Positions 25,764 through 35,556 of a stretch of DNA of 52,887 bases are shown piece after piece. Positions within the stretch are counted from its first letter, which is position 1, and every line of letters begins with the position of its first letter. This stretch comes from an uncultured Bacteroidales bacterium (GTDB lineage: Bacteria > Bacteroidota > Bacteroidia > Bacteroidales > UBA10428): positions 1 through 52,887 of the forward strand of contig CAZMVE010000007.1 in NCBI GenBank assembly GCA_964569585.1. Reading direction: 5' to 3'. Below the pieces are notes generated by a model. The model saw nothing but the letters and a program-made list of their open reading frames with translations. It was not told the DNA's origin and searched no databases. Both the position numbers and the translations under genes were made by a program.

Positions 25764-27867
25764 ATATTATATATCGCTAATTTTTCTGGTGGCTGTTCTG
25801 TTTGGCAAGGTACAGGCACAAATGGAATTTGTCGATAATCTGAATGCAAATCAACTCAAGCGCTTTGCGAAAAACTCGATCAGGAAAGGCGATATGTATA
25901 CAGCTATTTTCTTCTATGAGAAATACCGGGAATACAACAAGGATAACCAAAAAATCAATTACGAGCTGGCTGAACTTAATCGCAATGTTCGTAACTATCT
26001 GGCTGCAAAAGATCTATACAAAATAGTTCTTGAGAACGGGTCGAATAAATTTCCTATGGTGCGGTTTTATTATGCTCAAATGCTAAAATCACTTGGGGAA
26101 TATGACGAAGCCATTGAAGAGTTTAACAACTTCCGCCAGGAAGTTAGAGGGAAAAAAGAGTCACAACTTTATGGACGGCTGGCCCGAAATGAAATATCGG
26201 GTTGCGATTCAGCCAAATATCTGATAGGGAAACCGCTCAATGTTACCATAAGCAATCTGAATTCAACTATTAATAGTCCGCATATTGAGTTGTCGCCAAT
26301 ACCGGTTAATGATAATTCATTCCTGTATGCATCTCTGCGAATCGATTCCCTTATATACTTCACTGTCGATAATGTGGATACTGACATGCCTGTACGTCAA
26401 TTTTACCGTGCAAAGAAGGAGGGTATGGACTGGATTGGAGGGGAACTGCTTTCGGAACCTTTTAATTTACCCGGAATTGAATCAGGCAATGGTGTATTCT
26501 CAAGAGATGGCAGACGATTTTATTTTACACGTTGCGAGAAAAACTGGAAGGGAGAAACCATTTGCAGCATTTACAGGATGATCAAAGAAGGCAGGGAATG
26601 GGGACTACCTGTGAAACTCCCCCTTGTTATAAATGACCCGAATCATACAAGTACTCAGCCCGCATTAGGACGTAGCGTGAAAAGTGATCGCGAGATCATA
26701 TATTTTGTTTCCAACCGGCCCGAAGGGAGAGGAGGATTGGATATCTGGTATTCCATTTGGAACGAGGAAAAAAATTTGTATAGTAGTCCAAGAAATCTGG
26801 GCAGCAAAATAAATACGGCAGGCGATGAAATGACACCTTTCTACAGTGCTTCGAAGCGAACCCTTTATTTTAGCTCAACCGGACTGCCAGGTATTGGCGG
26901 ATTGGATATTTTTAAAGCATTTGGTGGTCGCAACAGATGGGAAAACGTGGAGAATATCGGATATCCGATCAATTCAAGTTTCGATGATCTTTATTATACA
27001 GTTAGCCAGAAGGAGGAGGATGGATTCCTGGTATCCAACCGTCCCGATTCTTTAGTAGGTGAAACCTGTTGCGATGATATTTTATACTTTCGATGGGACG
27101 ATTTTATCCGTATTACTGTTACGGGTACTATTTATCCTTTTGAGCAGGATCGTTTTGGCAGAAAGAAAGATCTTTCAAATTTCGATTTTATGAATCCCGA
27201 TGTAAGCATCCATCCTCTCAAAGGAGCAAAAGTTGCACTCTGGGTGCAGGATGAAGATACAAAAGAGTATATTTTTCTCGATAGGTTTACTACCGGAGAA
27301 AGTGGGAAGTTTTATTTTACACTTGAGCCCGATCGGGAATATGAATTTAAAATGGAGGGGACACAGTATTTCGATAGTAAAAACTATCTATCAACCGATT
27401 TCTTTAATTTTTCTGATACTATTGAAATGCCACCAACCTGGGTTAATGTATTAAGCGATAAGCCTATTGTACTTGAAAATATCTATTATGATTTTAATAG
27501 TGCCGATCTGACACAGAAAGATAAAAATGTATTGGATACTACCCTTTTGATACTGCTTCGGGAAGCTCCGGAATTCATTATAGAAATTGGAGCCCATACT
27601 GACAGCATTGGCGATACAGAATATAATCTTACGCTATCACAGGAACGTGCCAGCAATGTAGTACAATACCTTGTTCAAAAAGGAATTCCTGTACAAAGAT
27701 TGGTCGCCAAGGGTTATGGTGCATCAAGGCCTGTGGTGTCTAATTTTAATGCTGATGGCAGCGATAATGAGGAGGGGCGTGAAAAAAATCGACGGACCGA
27801 ATTCAGGATTATCGGAACAACCGATCTTTTTGGCGAAGATGAAGATGAAGAATACATAGGCGAATAG
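25750..27867 (+). CDS. OmpA-family protein (TPR, TolB-like beta-propeller repeats, OmpA C-terminal domain)
   Basis: GTG start with a signal peptide. The C-terminus has NIYYDFNSADLT...IGAHTDSIGDTEYNLTLSQERA...GYGASRP. It overlaps the PorP/SprF gene by 14 nt. Confidence 0.85.
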   Translation: MRGIKYYISLIFLVAVLFGKVQAQMEFVDNLNANQLKRFAKNSIRKGDMYTAIFFYEKYREYNKDNQKINYELAELNRNVRNYLAAKDLYKIVLENGSNKFPMVRFYYAQMLKSLGEYDEAIEEFNNFRQEVRGKKESQLYGRLARNEISGCDSAKYLIGKPLNVTISNLNSTINSPHIELSPIPVNDNSFLYASLRIDSLIYFTVDNVDTDMPVRQFYRAKKEGMDWIGGELLSEPFNLPGIESGNGVFSRDGRRFYFTRCEKNWKGETICSIYRMIKEGREWGLPVKLPLVINDPNHTSTQPALGRSVKSDREIIYFVSNRPEGRGGLDIWYSIWNEEKNLYSSPRNLGSKINTAGDEMTPFYSASKRTLYFSSTGLPGIGGLDIFKAFGGRNRWENVENIGYPINSSFDDLYYTVSQKEEDGFLVSNRPDSLVGETCCDDILYFRWDDFIRITVTGTIYPFEQDRFGRKKDLSNFDFMNPDVSIHPLKGAKVALWVQDEDTKEYIFLDRFTTGESGKFYFTLEPDREYEFKMEGTQYFDSKNYLSTDFFNFSDTIEMPPTWVNVLSDKPIVLENIYYDFNSADLTQKDKNVLDTTLLILLREAPEFIIEIGAHTDSIGDTEYNLTLSQERASNVVQYLVQKGIPVQRLVAKGYGASRPVVSNFNADGSDNEEGREKNRRTEFRIIGTTDLFGEDEDEEYIGE

Positions 27868-27951
27868 TATTGCATTGCAAAAATGAAATTTTTCTTCTGC
27901 CTTTGCTGACTTGGATTTCAAATATTTTTTATAATCCGGAAATTTTAGCTT

Positions 27952-29691
27952 CTAAAATTGAATTGATAAGGCTTCTTCAACTTTAGTATCGGAAAATATT
28001 TTACAATAATAGATGCCTTTATTCATCTGTTCATTTTCGAAAGAAACGCTATTCATTCCTGTGTTGGCATGAACTACCCTGCTTGCCACATGTATACCCT
28101 GCAGATTATAAAGATAGATACTTAATCTCTGAGGTTCCTGCACTTCAATATACAATTGTCTATCGGTTCCAAACCAGATATTAGGGCCAACAATTTTATT
28201 TTCTTCCAGAGCTTCAATAGGATTTGTACCTGCTATTAATTCAAAGTTAAGGCTGAGGGAAGCAGTCCAACTTTCCAGCACTATATTCTCAGCAATTTTA
28301 TTAATATATCCCGGAGCTGAGCATATAATATCGTAAGTGCCGGGAGCAATCAGACGGTGATAGTCGCCATTTACTGTATCGGTGTAAACATGCGAACTGT
28401 CGGTATCGTGTTCTAATATGAATATCTTCGCTTTAAGCGGTTCACCGGTTAATGAATCAGTTACAATGCCGTGAATGCCTTTCAAACATTGACCCATATA
28501 ATCGAGCATGGCTATTTGGTTATAGTCCCAGTAGGAAGGAAGTGAAGCAGCAGGAGGCATTTTTGTTGTACTGACTTCAATAGTAATCTCCCTGCCGTTA
28601 CAGAAATAGGTGGTATAATCCTGACGTCCGCCAGAGATAGTGTACCAGTCGTAACCATTAGTTACTCCACTGGGATCAACATTGCTAAAATACGAGCTGC
28701 CCCCGTATTTTTTTACCGTATCGGCATATTGGTAAGAAACGTATTCGAACCAGTCTTCATCGGGATGGGAACGGCTCCAGGTATCCCAGGGATAATTCAT
28801 CACTTCGGCGCCTCCATGGTAGTTAGCTGAAAAAACAAAATTATGCTCTGTCATAAATTGTTTCATGGCTTCGGTTTCAGGTTGCCAATCTTCACCATCG
28901 GGATGATCACCCTCCTGCGGATCGGGGAAATTGCGGTTCAGGTCGACTGAGTTGGCGTTATTTCTTGTAGCACCCGAAACGGTATGATTACCTGAAAAAT
29001 AGGTGCCATCGGGATTGGCATTGGGATTGATCCATATTTCAATACTATCAACTAATCGCTGTACTTCAGGCATTATTGTATAGTTTGTAAGGAGGTAGTC
29101 GATTAAATGTAACATAAGTATATACACGGTAACTTCATCACCATGCATGGTCGAAGTATAAAAAAACTCCGGCTCGGATTCTTTAACATTGACATTGTCC
29201 GATATTTTAACACACAGTAATTTGCGACTATTAACAGTTGTTCCTATTTCATATAGTTGGCACAAATCCGGGTAGTTATCAGCGAAAGCATTTATCGTGT
29301 TAACATAGACTTCGTAGGTGGGATAAACATCCCAATCCTTTGATATATCGCCTGTAACCAGCTCTGATTTGTCAAGAAGAAGCGAGGGCGGAGTTAGTAT
29401 GGTAAACGGATATTTCAATCTAAGGAATACATCAAATTGTTGGCTGTTGGCATAGGCAAAAACTGTATCGCTTTTTATATTGTCAATTGAGATAACTCTG
29501 GTAAGGTCTTCAATTTCCGATACGTCTGCGATAAAACTAAAATATACCTCACCGCGGATATCGAGATAATAGTATGCTTTTTCGTAATCAAGGGACTGAG
29601 TAAATCCGGATGGAATAATAACGCAGGATAAATAAATGTACAAGCTGTAATTCCAATATATCTTCAAGAATTTGTTTCTCAAGTTTTTCAT
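27952..29691 (-). CDS. M14 zinc carboxypeptidase with type-A T9SS CTD
   Basis: HGDEVTVY (HxxE), NRNFP and ANYHGGAEVMNYPWD. The C-terminal ~80 aa are sorting-domain-like. Confidence 0.85.
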   Translation of the reverse strand: MKNLRNKFLKIYWNYSLYIYLSCVIIPSGFTQSLDYEKAYYYLDIRGEVYFSFIADVSEIEDLTRVISIDNIKSDTVFAYANSQQFDVFLRLKYPFTILTPPSLLLDKSELVTGDISKDWDVYPTYEVYVNTINAFADNYPDLCQLYEIGTTVNSRKLLCVKISDNVNVKESEPEFFYTSTMHGDEVTVYILMLHLIDYLLTNYTIMPEVQRLVDSIEIWINPNANPDGTYFSGNHTVSGATRNNANSVDLNRNFPDPQEGDHPDGEDWQPETEAMKQFMTEHNFVFSANYHGGAEVMNYPWDTWSRSHPDEDWFEYVSYQYADTVKKYGGSSYFSNVDPSGVTNGYDWYTISGGRQDYTTYFCNGREITIEVSTTKMPPAASLPSYWDYNQIAMLDYMGQCLKGIHGIVTDSLTGEPLKAKIFILEHDTDSSHVYTDTVNGDYHRLIAPGTYDIICSAPGYINKIAENIVLESWTASLSLNFELIAGTNPIEALEENKIVGPNIWFGTDRQLYIEVQEPQRLSIYLYNLQGIHVASRVVHANTGMNSVSFENEQMNKGIYYCKIFSDTKVEEALSIQF

Positions 29692-29773
29692 TTTTCTATC
29701 CGGATTAACACCATAATTCCTGGCTAAGTAAGTGAAAAATTTACATTGTCGAAACCATATCCTTCTACAAATA

Positions 29774-29803
29774 AAAAGACCGGAGGTATTCTTCCGGTCT
29801 TTT
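29774..29803 (-). terminator. Intrinsic terminator downstream of the 783-aa gene
   Basis: AAAAGACCGGA (29774-29784) pairs with TCCGGTCTTTT (29793-29803), an 11-bp stem. A T5 run follows on the minus strand. Confidence 0.6.
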
Positions 29804-29917
29804 ATGAAGTTAGTAATCGCTATTTATTCGATTAGTAAATGGCGTTTACCCTTGGGCAAGACCCAAGACCCTAAAAGGAATTTTACCCTGTGCCAAGAGC
29901 ACAGGGTGTTTAAAAAA

Positions 29918-32269
29918 TTATAAAACTTTTGTCTGGATATAATCAGTGGTTTTCATTCGATAGAAATATACACCATTGCTTAGTTGCTCATAAAACTCAA
30001 TAGTGATTGAATTTTGTCCTGCTTCATAGAAATCATTGAAAATTGAAATAGTTCTGCCATTAATATCGAGTATTTCAAAAATTACATTTTCATCCACAGG
30101 AATAATAAAATCAATTGAAGTTGAATGGTTGAACGGATTCGGATAATTCTGGCCAAGCAGGTATCCATTGTCTGATACGTCAGTCAGATAATCCGGAGCA
30201 TCTTCTGCAACTGTAACAAAGTTCCATACATCCGACCAGGCTGTTTCTGCACCACAATCATTGAAAGCTTTTACTCTCCAGTAATATGTTGTGGAATTAG
30301 TAAGTCCTGATACTGCTGATGAATTAGTAGATATACCACTTTGATCGACCATAGGACTTCCAAAGCTATTGTCATCATCAACCTGGAGTTGATAAGAATC
30401 TGCTCCTGTTGTATAATTCCATGTCACGTTAACAGCTAAAGGTTGATCTGTAGCGCCATTGGCCGGGGAACTTAATGCAGGAGTGCCGGGTGCTACAGGG
30501 GTTACAGTCAGGCTCCAACTGGATGACCAGCTACTACCTACATCGCAGGAATTATAGGTTTTAACTCTCCAGTAGTATGTTGTCCCCTGACTTAAGCCGG
30601 AAACATCGTGTGATGTTCCTCCAATTCCAGTGACATCAAAATCAGGACTACTGAAACCGGAATTATCGTCAACCTGAACCTGATAATAAGAGGCACCGCT
30701 GGCACTGTTCCATAGTAGTGTAACATTTTGTGGCATACAATTGGTTCCGTTTGCCGGAGCGGATAAACCCGGAGCCGAAGGCGTAACAGGCCCGGTTGTG
30801 AAACTCCAATGCGCCGACCAGCCACTTGTTCCCCCTCCGTTGGTTGCATTAACTCTCCAGTAATAGGTAGTATTTGCACCTAATCCGGAAACATATTGGG
30901 ATGTCGATACTATTCCTGAATTATCATAAACCGGACTGCTAAAGTCTGAATTGTCATCAACCTGCAAGCCATAGCTATCGGCATTACCAGGATCAGTCCA
31001 GTTAAATGTCATTTCAGTGGGTTGACAGGTAGCTGAATTGGCTGGTGAGAGTAATGTGGGTGCAGAAGGTGTAGGTATTTGAATATATACCTGAGCACTT
31101 CTGACGGCTATATTATTAGCTTCATCACTTTCATATACAGCGTCATAAAAATCAACCATTACTCCCAGGTAGTACCATCCTTGTGAAACTGAAGGAACTG
31201 TGAAAGTAGAACCTACAGTTTGAGAACCACCGGCAACAATGGAACTAAAGTACAGATCGGAACCCAGTTGAATATCGGAAGTTGTGATGGTGTTATTGGT
31301 TGAAAGATATATTCTTGAATAATGATCTCCTGCTGTTTTGGCTCCCCAGTTTTCCTCAACGAGATCAGCAGTAATTGAGCTACCGATATCCCAGGTTTCT
31401 GATGATAAATACAGCCATGTTGGAACCAGGTCCGCTGGATTATTTACTTCAACAGGCCCAATTCTGTAAGTAATATTATTCGTTTCATCGGTTTCCGGTA
31501 CATCGTCGTAAAAGTCGACCATTATTCCTACATAGTAAGTACCGTTGGCCACGTCCGGCACCATGAATGAATGGTCATGAGTTACAGAACTGCCGGCAGC
31601 GACAGAGCTAAAGTATATATCGCCACCCAACAATACATCAGCAGTAGTTATAGTAGTATTTTCCGAGAGGTAGAGTCTTGAATTATGAGCTCCGGCTGCA
31701 TCCGGTCCATAGTTATATTCCGTGAGTCCTGCCGTAATCGATTCACCTGTCTGCCAATCGGTTTCCGTTAAGGTCAGATAGGTTGCTACGAGATCGCATT
31801 CAGGGGCTTCCCAGTAAATAGCTAACTCGGCCCAATGCAATATACCTTTACCGAACATAATATTATCCTCGATATAGATCATCCATTGCTGATTCGGCGA
31901 TTCACCATTAAAGGCTGTGGTAGTTCGATAATTAAGGAATATATCAGTATCATCAGCTGTGTCATCATCATAACCACCATCAGTAGTGCCGCCATGGTTG
32001 TTGTAAACACAAAGATATTCGGCACAAAAACCGTGATTTGTATTGGACAGCCATATCTCATAGTCTACGCAATAAAATGAACTTGAACCGTCATCATCAA
32101 TTCTCAGGGAGTACTCTACTTCGGTAACATAGGCACCAGCTGGTATAGCATCCGTACAGGTTGGATGCCAGCATAGGTATCCCTGATCAGGGATCCCCCA
32201 ATTAACTATACCCGTATCAAAAAAAACATCGCCCGATGCTTTATCAGGTGATTTCTGCATCTCATCCAA
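29918..32269 (-). CDS. Surface protein: P-domain-like N-terminal region, 2x CARDB-like, 3x fibronectin-III-like repeats, type-A T9SS CTD; no signal peptide in this ORF
   Basis: Three ~95-aa repeats follow PSAP.LSAPANG...YYWRV...W. Two ~110-aa repeats end ETDETNN and ESDEANN. The C-terminus has NYPNPFNHSTSIDF. The start is TTG, and the frame opens only at 32305. Confidence 0.75.
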   Translation of the reverse strand: MDEMQKSPDKASGDVFFDTGIVNWGIPDQGYLCWHPTCTDAIPAGAYVTEVEYSLRIDDDGSSSFYCVDYEIWLSNTNHGFCAEYLCVYNNHGGTTDGGYDDDTADDTDIFLNYRTTTAFNGESPNQQWMIYIEDNIMFGKGILHWAELAIYWEAPECDLVATYLTLTETDWQTGESITAGLTEYNYGPDAAGAHNSRLYLSENTTITTADVLLGGDIYFSSVAAGSSVTHDHSFMVPDVANGTYYVGIMVDFYDDVPETDETNNITYRIGPVEVNNPADLVPTWLYLSSETWDIGSSITADLVEENWGAKTAGDHYSRIYLSTNNTITTSDIQLGSDLYFSSIVAGGSQTVGSTFTVPSVSQGWYYLGVMVDFYDAVYESDEANNIAVRSAQVYIQIPTPSAPTLLSPANSATCQPTEMTFNWTDPGNADSYGLQVDDNSDFSSPVYDNSGIVSTSQYVSGLGANTTYYWRVNATNGGGTSGWSAHWSFTTGPVTPSAPGLSAPANGTNCMPQNVTLLWNSASGASYYQVQVDDNSGFSSPDFDVTGIGGTSHDVSGLSQGTTYYWRVKTYNSCDVGSSWSSSWSLTVTPVAPGTPALSSPANGATDQPLAVNVTWNYTTGADSYQLQVDDDNSFGSPMVDQSGISTNSSAVSGLTNSTTYYWRVKAFNDCGAETAWSDVWNFVTVAEDAPDYLTDVSDNGYLLGQNYPNPFNHSTSIDFIIPVDENVIFEILDINGRTISIFNDFYEAGQNSITIEFYEQLSNGVYFYRMKTTDYIQTKVL

Positions 32270-32735
32270 TCGAACCCTGATTTTTGTAACCCCTTTTATT
32301 AAGATTTAATTCTTCAGGAGAATTGCTGGTTTCGTTCTGGCGTAAGAGAGGATTATAGGGCTCTTTTTCCACGGCAGGAGCCGAAGGATCAAAGGGTAGT
32401 TTACCCACTTCCATTTCATCCGCAGGATTTCTCCCTATTTCAGGTTCAGCATTCTCTCTCTGATCATCGGGTATACTGTTAAGCTCGGAAGCATCATTAC
32501 CCGATGGAACAGTCATATCGGACAAGGAATCTTTCTTGATTACCCCGGAAGGTTCCAAAATACCCGCCTGTAACTCTCTATCGGGAGTGGCGGTTGTATG
32601 AAGTTCGGCAACATTAACAATCTTACCTTCTTGAATTTCAATCTTCAGTAAGGGCTTAGATACTTGAGTTTGCGAATATCCAACTGTGAATACGCAATAA
32701 ACAATAATGTAAACAATAAATTTTAAAGATTTCAT
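32262..32735 (-). CDS. Signal-peptide-bearing low-complexity ORF, possibly the detached N-terminus of the downstream T9SS protein
   Basis: MKSLKFIVYIIVYCVFTVGYSQ signal, then a Pro/Glu/Ser-rich disordered sequence. It overlaps the next ORF by 8 nt in another frame. Confidence 0.5.
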   Translation of the reverse strand: MKSLKFIVYIIVYCVFTVGYSQTQVSKPLLKIEIQEGKIVNVAELHTTATPDRELQAGILEPSGVIKKDSLSDMTVPSGNDASELNSIPDDQRENAEPEIGRNPADEMEVGKLPFDPSAPAVEKEPYNPLLRQNETSNSPEELNLNKRGYKNQGSIG

Positions 32736-33134
32736 TATAGATATTTTAGGGTTATTAGTGATTCAATATAACGGCAAAATATTAATAGGTTTAAAAACAA
32801 ATTCTAAATTGTTACAAATATAAAAATATCATTTTCAATTAATTAACTATATATAATTTAGATTAGATATAAATAAGATATTTCTCTTGTTTCAAACGCC
32901 AGTAATAACAAGGAAAAGCATCTATGTCGTACCGCTACTTGGAAGCTTTATTTTTTTGATAAAAGGAGAAAAAAAGAGGATAAACGATCCTACTGAAATA
33001 AGAAATATATTAGATGGATTTTAATTTACCTGGGTAGATAAATCTTTACTAAATAATAGAATAAAAAAGAGTTTGCCCCCTGATTACTATTTACAAGTTA
33101 ATCGGAAACAAACTCTTTCCCGTAAAAAAACGAA

Positions 33135-33506
33135 TTAAAATAAACGATATCCCTGGTTTATAAAACTAACTGTGATACGGTATTTGTTTCCATTCAATAC
33201 CGGATCAGCTTTTATTTCAGCCCGATTCAGTAAAAGCTCAGTAATGTGATTGAGCGATTTATTGTTGCTACTGATTTCATAACTTGTCAATTCTGAATTT
33301 TCATCAACTTTAAAGATAATAGTCATTTTGCATTCTTTGCAGTTGCCTATAAATTCCTCAAAAGGAACTTTTTCGATTACATTATCCAGTTTGCTGATTA
33401 ATTCCGAACGTGCAGAAGTCTCTGATTCATTTTCATTTCCAAATGAAGTTGTAAAAGCCATAGTTAATATTACCAGGCAGCTGAGTAGAATTTTTTGAGT
33501 TTTCAT
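33135..33506 (-). CDS. Small secreted hypothetical protein
   Basis: The ATG at 33506 gives MKTQKILLSCLVILTMAFTTSFG as a signal peptide. I see no recognisable family motif. Confidence 0.5.
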   Translation of the reverse strand: MKTQKILLSCLVILTMAFTTSFGNENESETSARSELISKLDNVIEKVPFEEFIGNCKECKMTIIFKVDENSELTSYEISSNNKSLNHITELLLNRAEIKADPVLNGNKYRITVSFINQGYRLF

Positions 33507-33720
33507 GATTGTTGGTTTTAATTTATAATTCAAAATTACAGGGAAAGGATTACTCATGTGTCACCACAGGGTAAACAGATGTAAAAAAATGTCATGAGAT
33601 AAATAAAACAATAGAAAAAGTGGGACTGTAAATATTAATTGTAATCGACAAACCTAAATTTCAAAAATAGAAATGCATAAATTGCATGCCAGAATTGTAT
33701 TTAATACATAAAGACTCAAA

Positions 33721-35346
33721 GTGCTTTATTACAGGAATGCTATAAAGTCATCGCTTAATCTGATATTCATTGTCTTCCTTATTTCTGGTTGCAACCGGAA
33801 CAGGCAGGTAATTCAAATTGAGAAGAGAGAAAGTGTTGATTTTCAGAAAGAGTTATCTGAATTACTCGATACGGTGCAATTATCGGGATTGTTTACCGAC
33901 TCTAAAACTTTTGTCGATTTTCCGCTTAAAACTACTCCCGACTCAATTATATACCTGTTTAATTCTCAAAGACATGACTACAATTTTAATTTACCTTCCT
34001 TTATTGCCTTGAATTTTGATACTTTATCAGCCTGTTACGTAAGTTATTCAACCCAACCGGAGCACTCAATTACGAAGCACATTGATACACTATGGAGCCT
34101 TCTTACGCGGCATCCGGCTTCGCAAAACCTTTCCTCACTGATCTCACTGAAATATCCTTACATTGTTCCCGGCGGCAGGTTCCGGGAAATTTATTACTGG
34201 GACAGCTACTTTACTATGCTGGGACTCGCGGAGAGTGATCAAGACCATATGGTTAAATATTTGGTTGATAATTTTTCTGAGCTTATCAATACTTACGGAC
34301 ATATTCCGAATGGTAACCGAACCTATTACTTAAGTCGCTCGCAACCTCCATTTTATGCCTCGATGATCGAATTGCTTGTCTCAATTAATGATTCGGTTAT
34401 GCTGTCTGATTATCTACAATCGCTTGAAGCAGAGTACAATTTCTGGATGACCGGAAAGGAAAAATTAGGTAATGAAGATCCGGCACTTTACCGGACAGTC
34501 TGGCTTGATGACAGTACTGTTTTAAATCGTTATTGGGATAATATCTGCCTGCCACGGCCCGAATCCTATAAGGAGGATATGGCACTCTATACATCGTCCG
34601 GACGCGATTCTTCAATATATAGGGATATAAGGGCTTCGGCTGAATCGGGATGGGACTTCAGCAGCCGGTGGTTTGAAGATACGTATTCACAAAAATCGAT
34701 TAATACTACGCAAATTATACCTGTCGATTTAAATTGCCTGCTGTATAATCTTGAGAGAACATTATTCCATGCATTTCTTGAAATTAATGATACAGGGCAT
34801 GCTGAAAAATATCGTAACCTGGCTAAACGACGTCTGAAGGCCATCAACCGTTTGCTGTGGGATCCGGAAACTGGTTTTTATCATGATTACAATTTTATTA
34901 AAAAGGATCATACGGAAGTATTATCGCTGGCAGCCATGTATCCTTTGTTTTATGAAATTGCCGATAGTCTGCAAGCCCTGAAAGTAAAAAACAGGATAGA
35001 AAATAAGTTTTTATATAGATACGGAGTAGTCACAACGCTAACACAGCCGCTTACGAAAGAACAATGGGACTATCCGAATGGATGGGCTCCTTTGCAATGG
35101 ATAACGTATGCCGGTCTTATTAACTATGGTTATAAAGAACTCGCCGACAAAACAGCTGTGAGGTGGATGCTAATCAATGAAAATATTTTTTATGGGAAGG
35201 GCGATCCTGAACAAAAAGGAAGGATACTCGAAAAATACAATGTCGTGGCCGGGAGCAAGGGTAAAGGAGGAGAATATAAATTGCAGGATGGCTTTGGCTG
35301 GACAAACGGTGTCTACATGAAATTTTTTTACCGTCAAGCTAAATAA
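33721..35346 (+). CDS. treA: Alpha,alpha-trehalase (GH37), lipoprotein
   Basis: Trehalase signature 1 PGGRFREIYYWDSYF and signature 2 QWDYPNGWAPLQ. Lipobox FLISGC. GTG start. Confidence 0.9.
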   Translation: MLYYRNAIKSSLNLIFIVFLISGCNRNRQVIQIEKRESVDFQKELSELLDTVQLSGLFTDSKTFVDFPLKTTPDSIIYLFNSQRHDYNFNLPSFIALNFDTLSACYVSYSTQPEHSITKHIDTLWSLLTRHPASQNLSSLISLKYPYIVPGGRFREIYYWDSYFTMLGLAESDQDHMVKYLVDNFSELINTYGHIPNGNRTYYLSRSQPPFYASMIELLVSINDSVMLSDYLQSLEAEYNFWMTGKEKLGNEDPALYRTVWLDDSTVLNRYWDNICLPRPESYKEDMALYTSSGRDSSIYRDIRASAESGWDFSSRWFEDTYSQKSINTTQIIPVDLNCLLYNLERTLFHAFLEINDTGHAEKYRNLAKRRLKAINRLLWDPETGFYHDYNFIKKDHTEVLSLAAMYPLFYEIADSLQALKVKNRIENKFLYRYGVVTTLTQPLTKEQWDYPNGWAPLQWITYAGLINYGYKELADKTAVRWMLINENIFYGKGDPEQKGRILEKYNVVAGSKGKGGEYKLQDGFGWTNGVYMKFFYRQAK

Positions 35347-35556
35347 AATCCCGCTTCAACAGCTACCTTTATAGGCAAAATCAGAGAAAATACCGGTAAA
35401 GCAGTTCTGTTAACCTTACTTACTTCCTTATAATTTATTCACCGATCAAACTATGTTGTTAGCTGATTTGTTCTAGTTGCATTGAAATCTTTGCATCTAT
35501 TTTGCAATGAATTTGTCATAATAAGTAACAAAACCAAAACCGATAGTATTAACGAT

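Noticed and set aside
29732-29923. 63-aa plus-strand ORF between the carboxypeptidase and the 783-aa gene
   Set aside because: It starts at a non-ATG codon and is composed of the three terminator or hairpin palindromes (29774-29803, 29851-29867, 29885-29907). It is better explained as non-coding 3' structure of the minus-strand gene.
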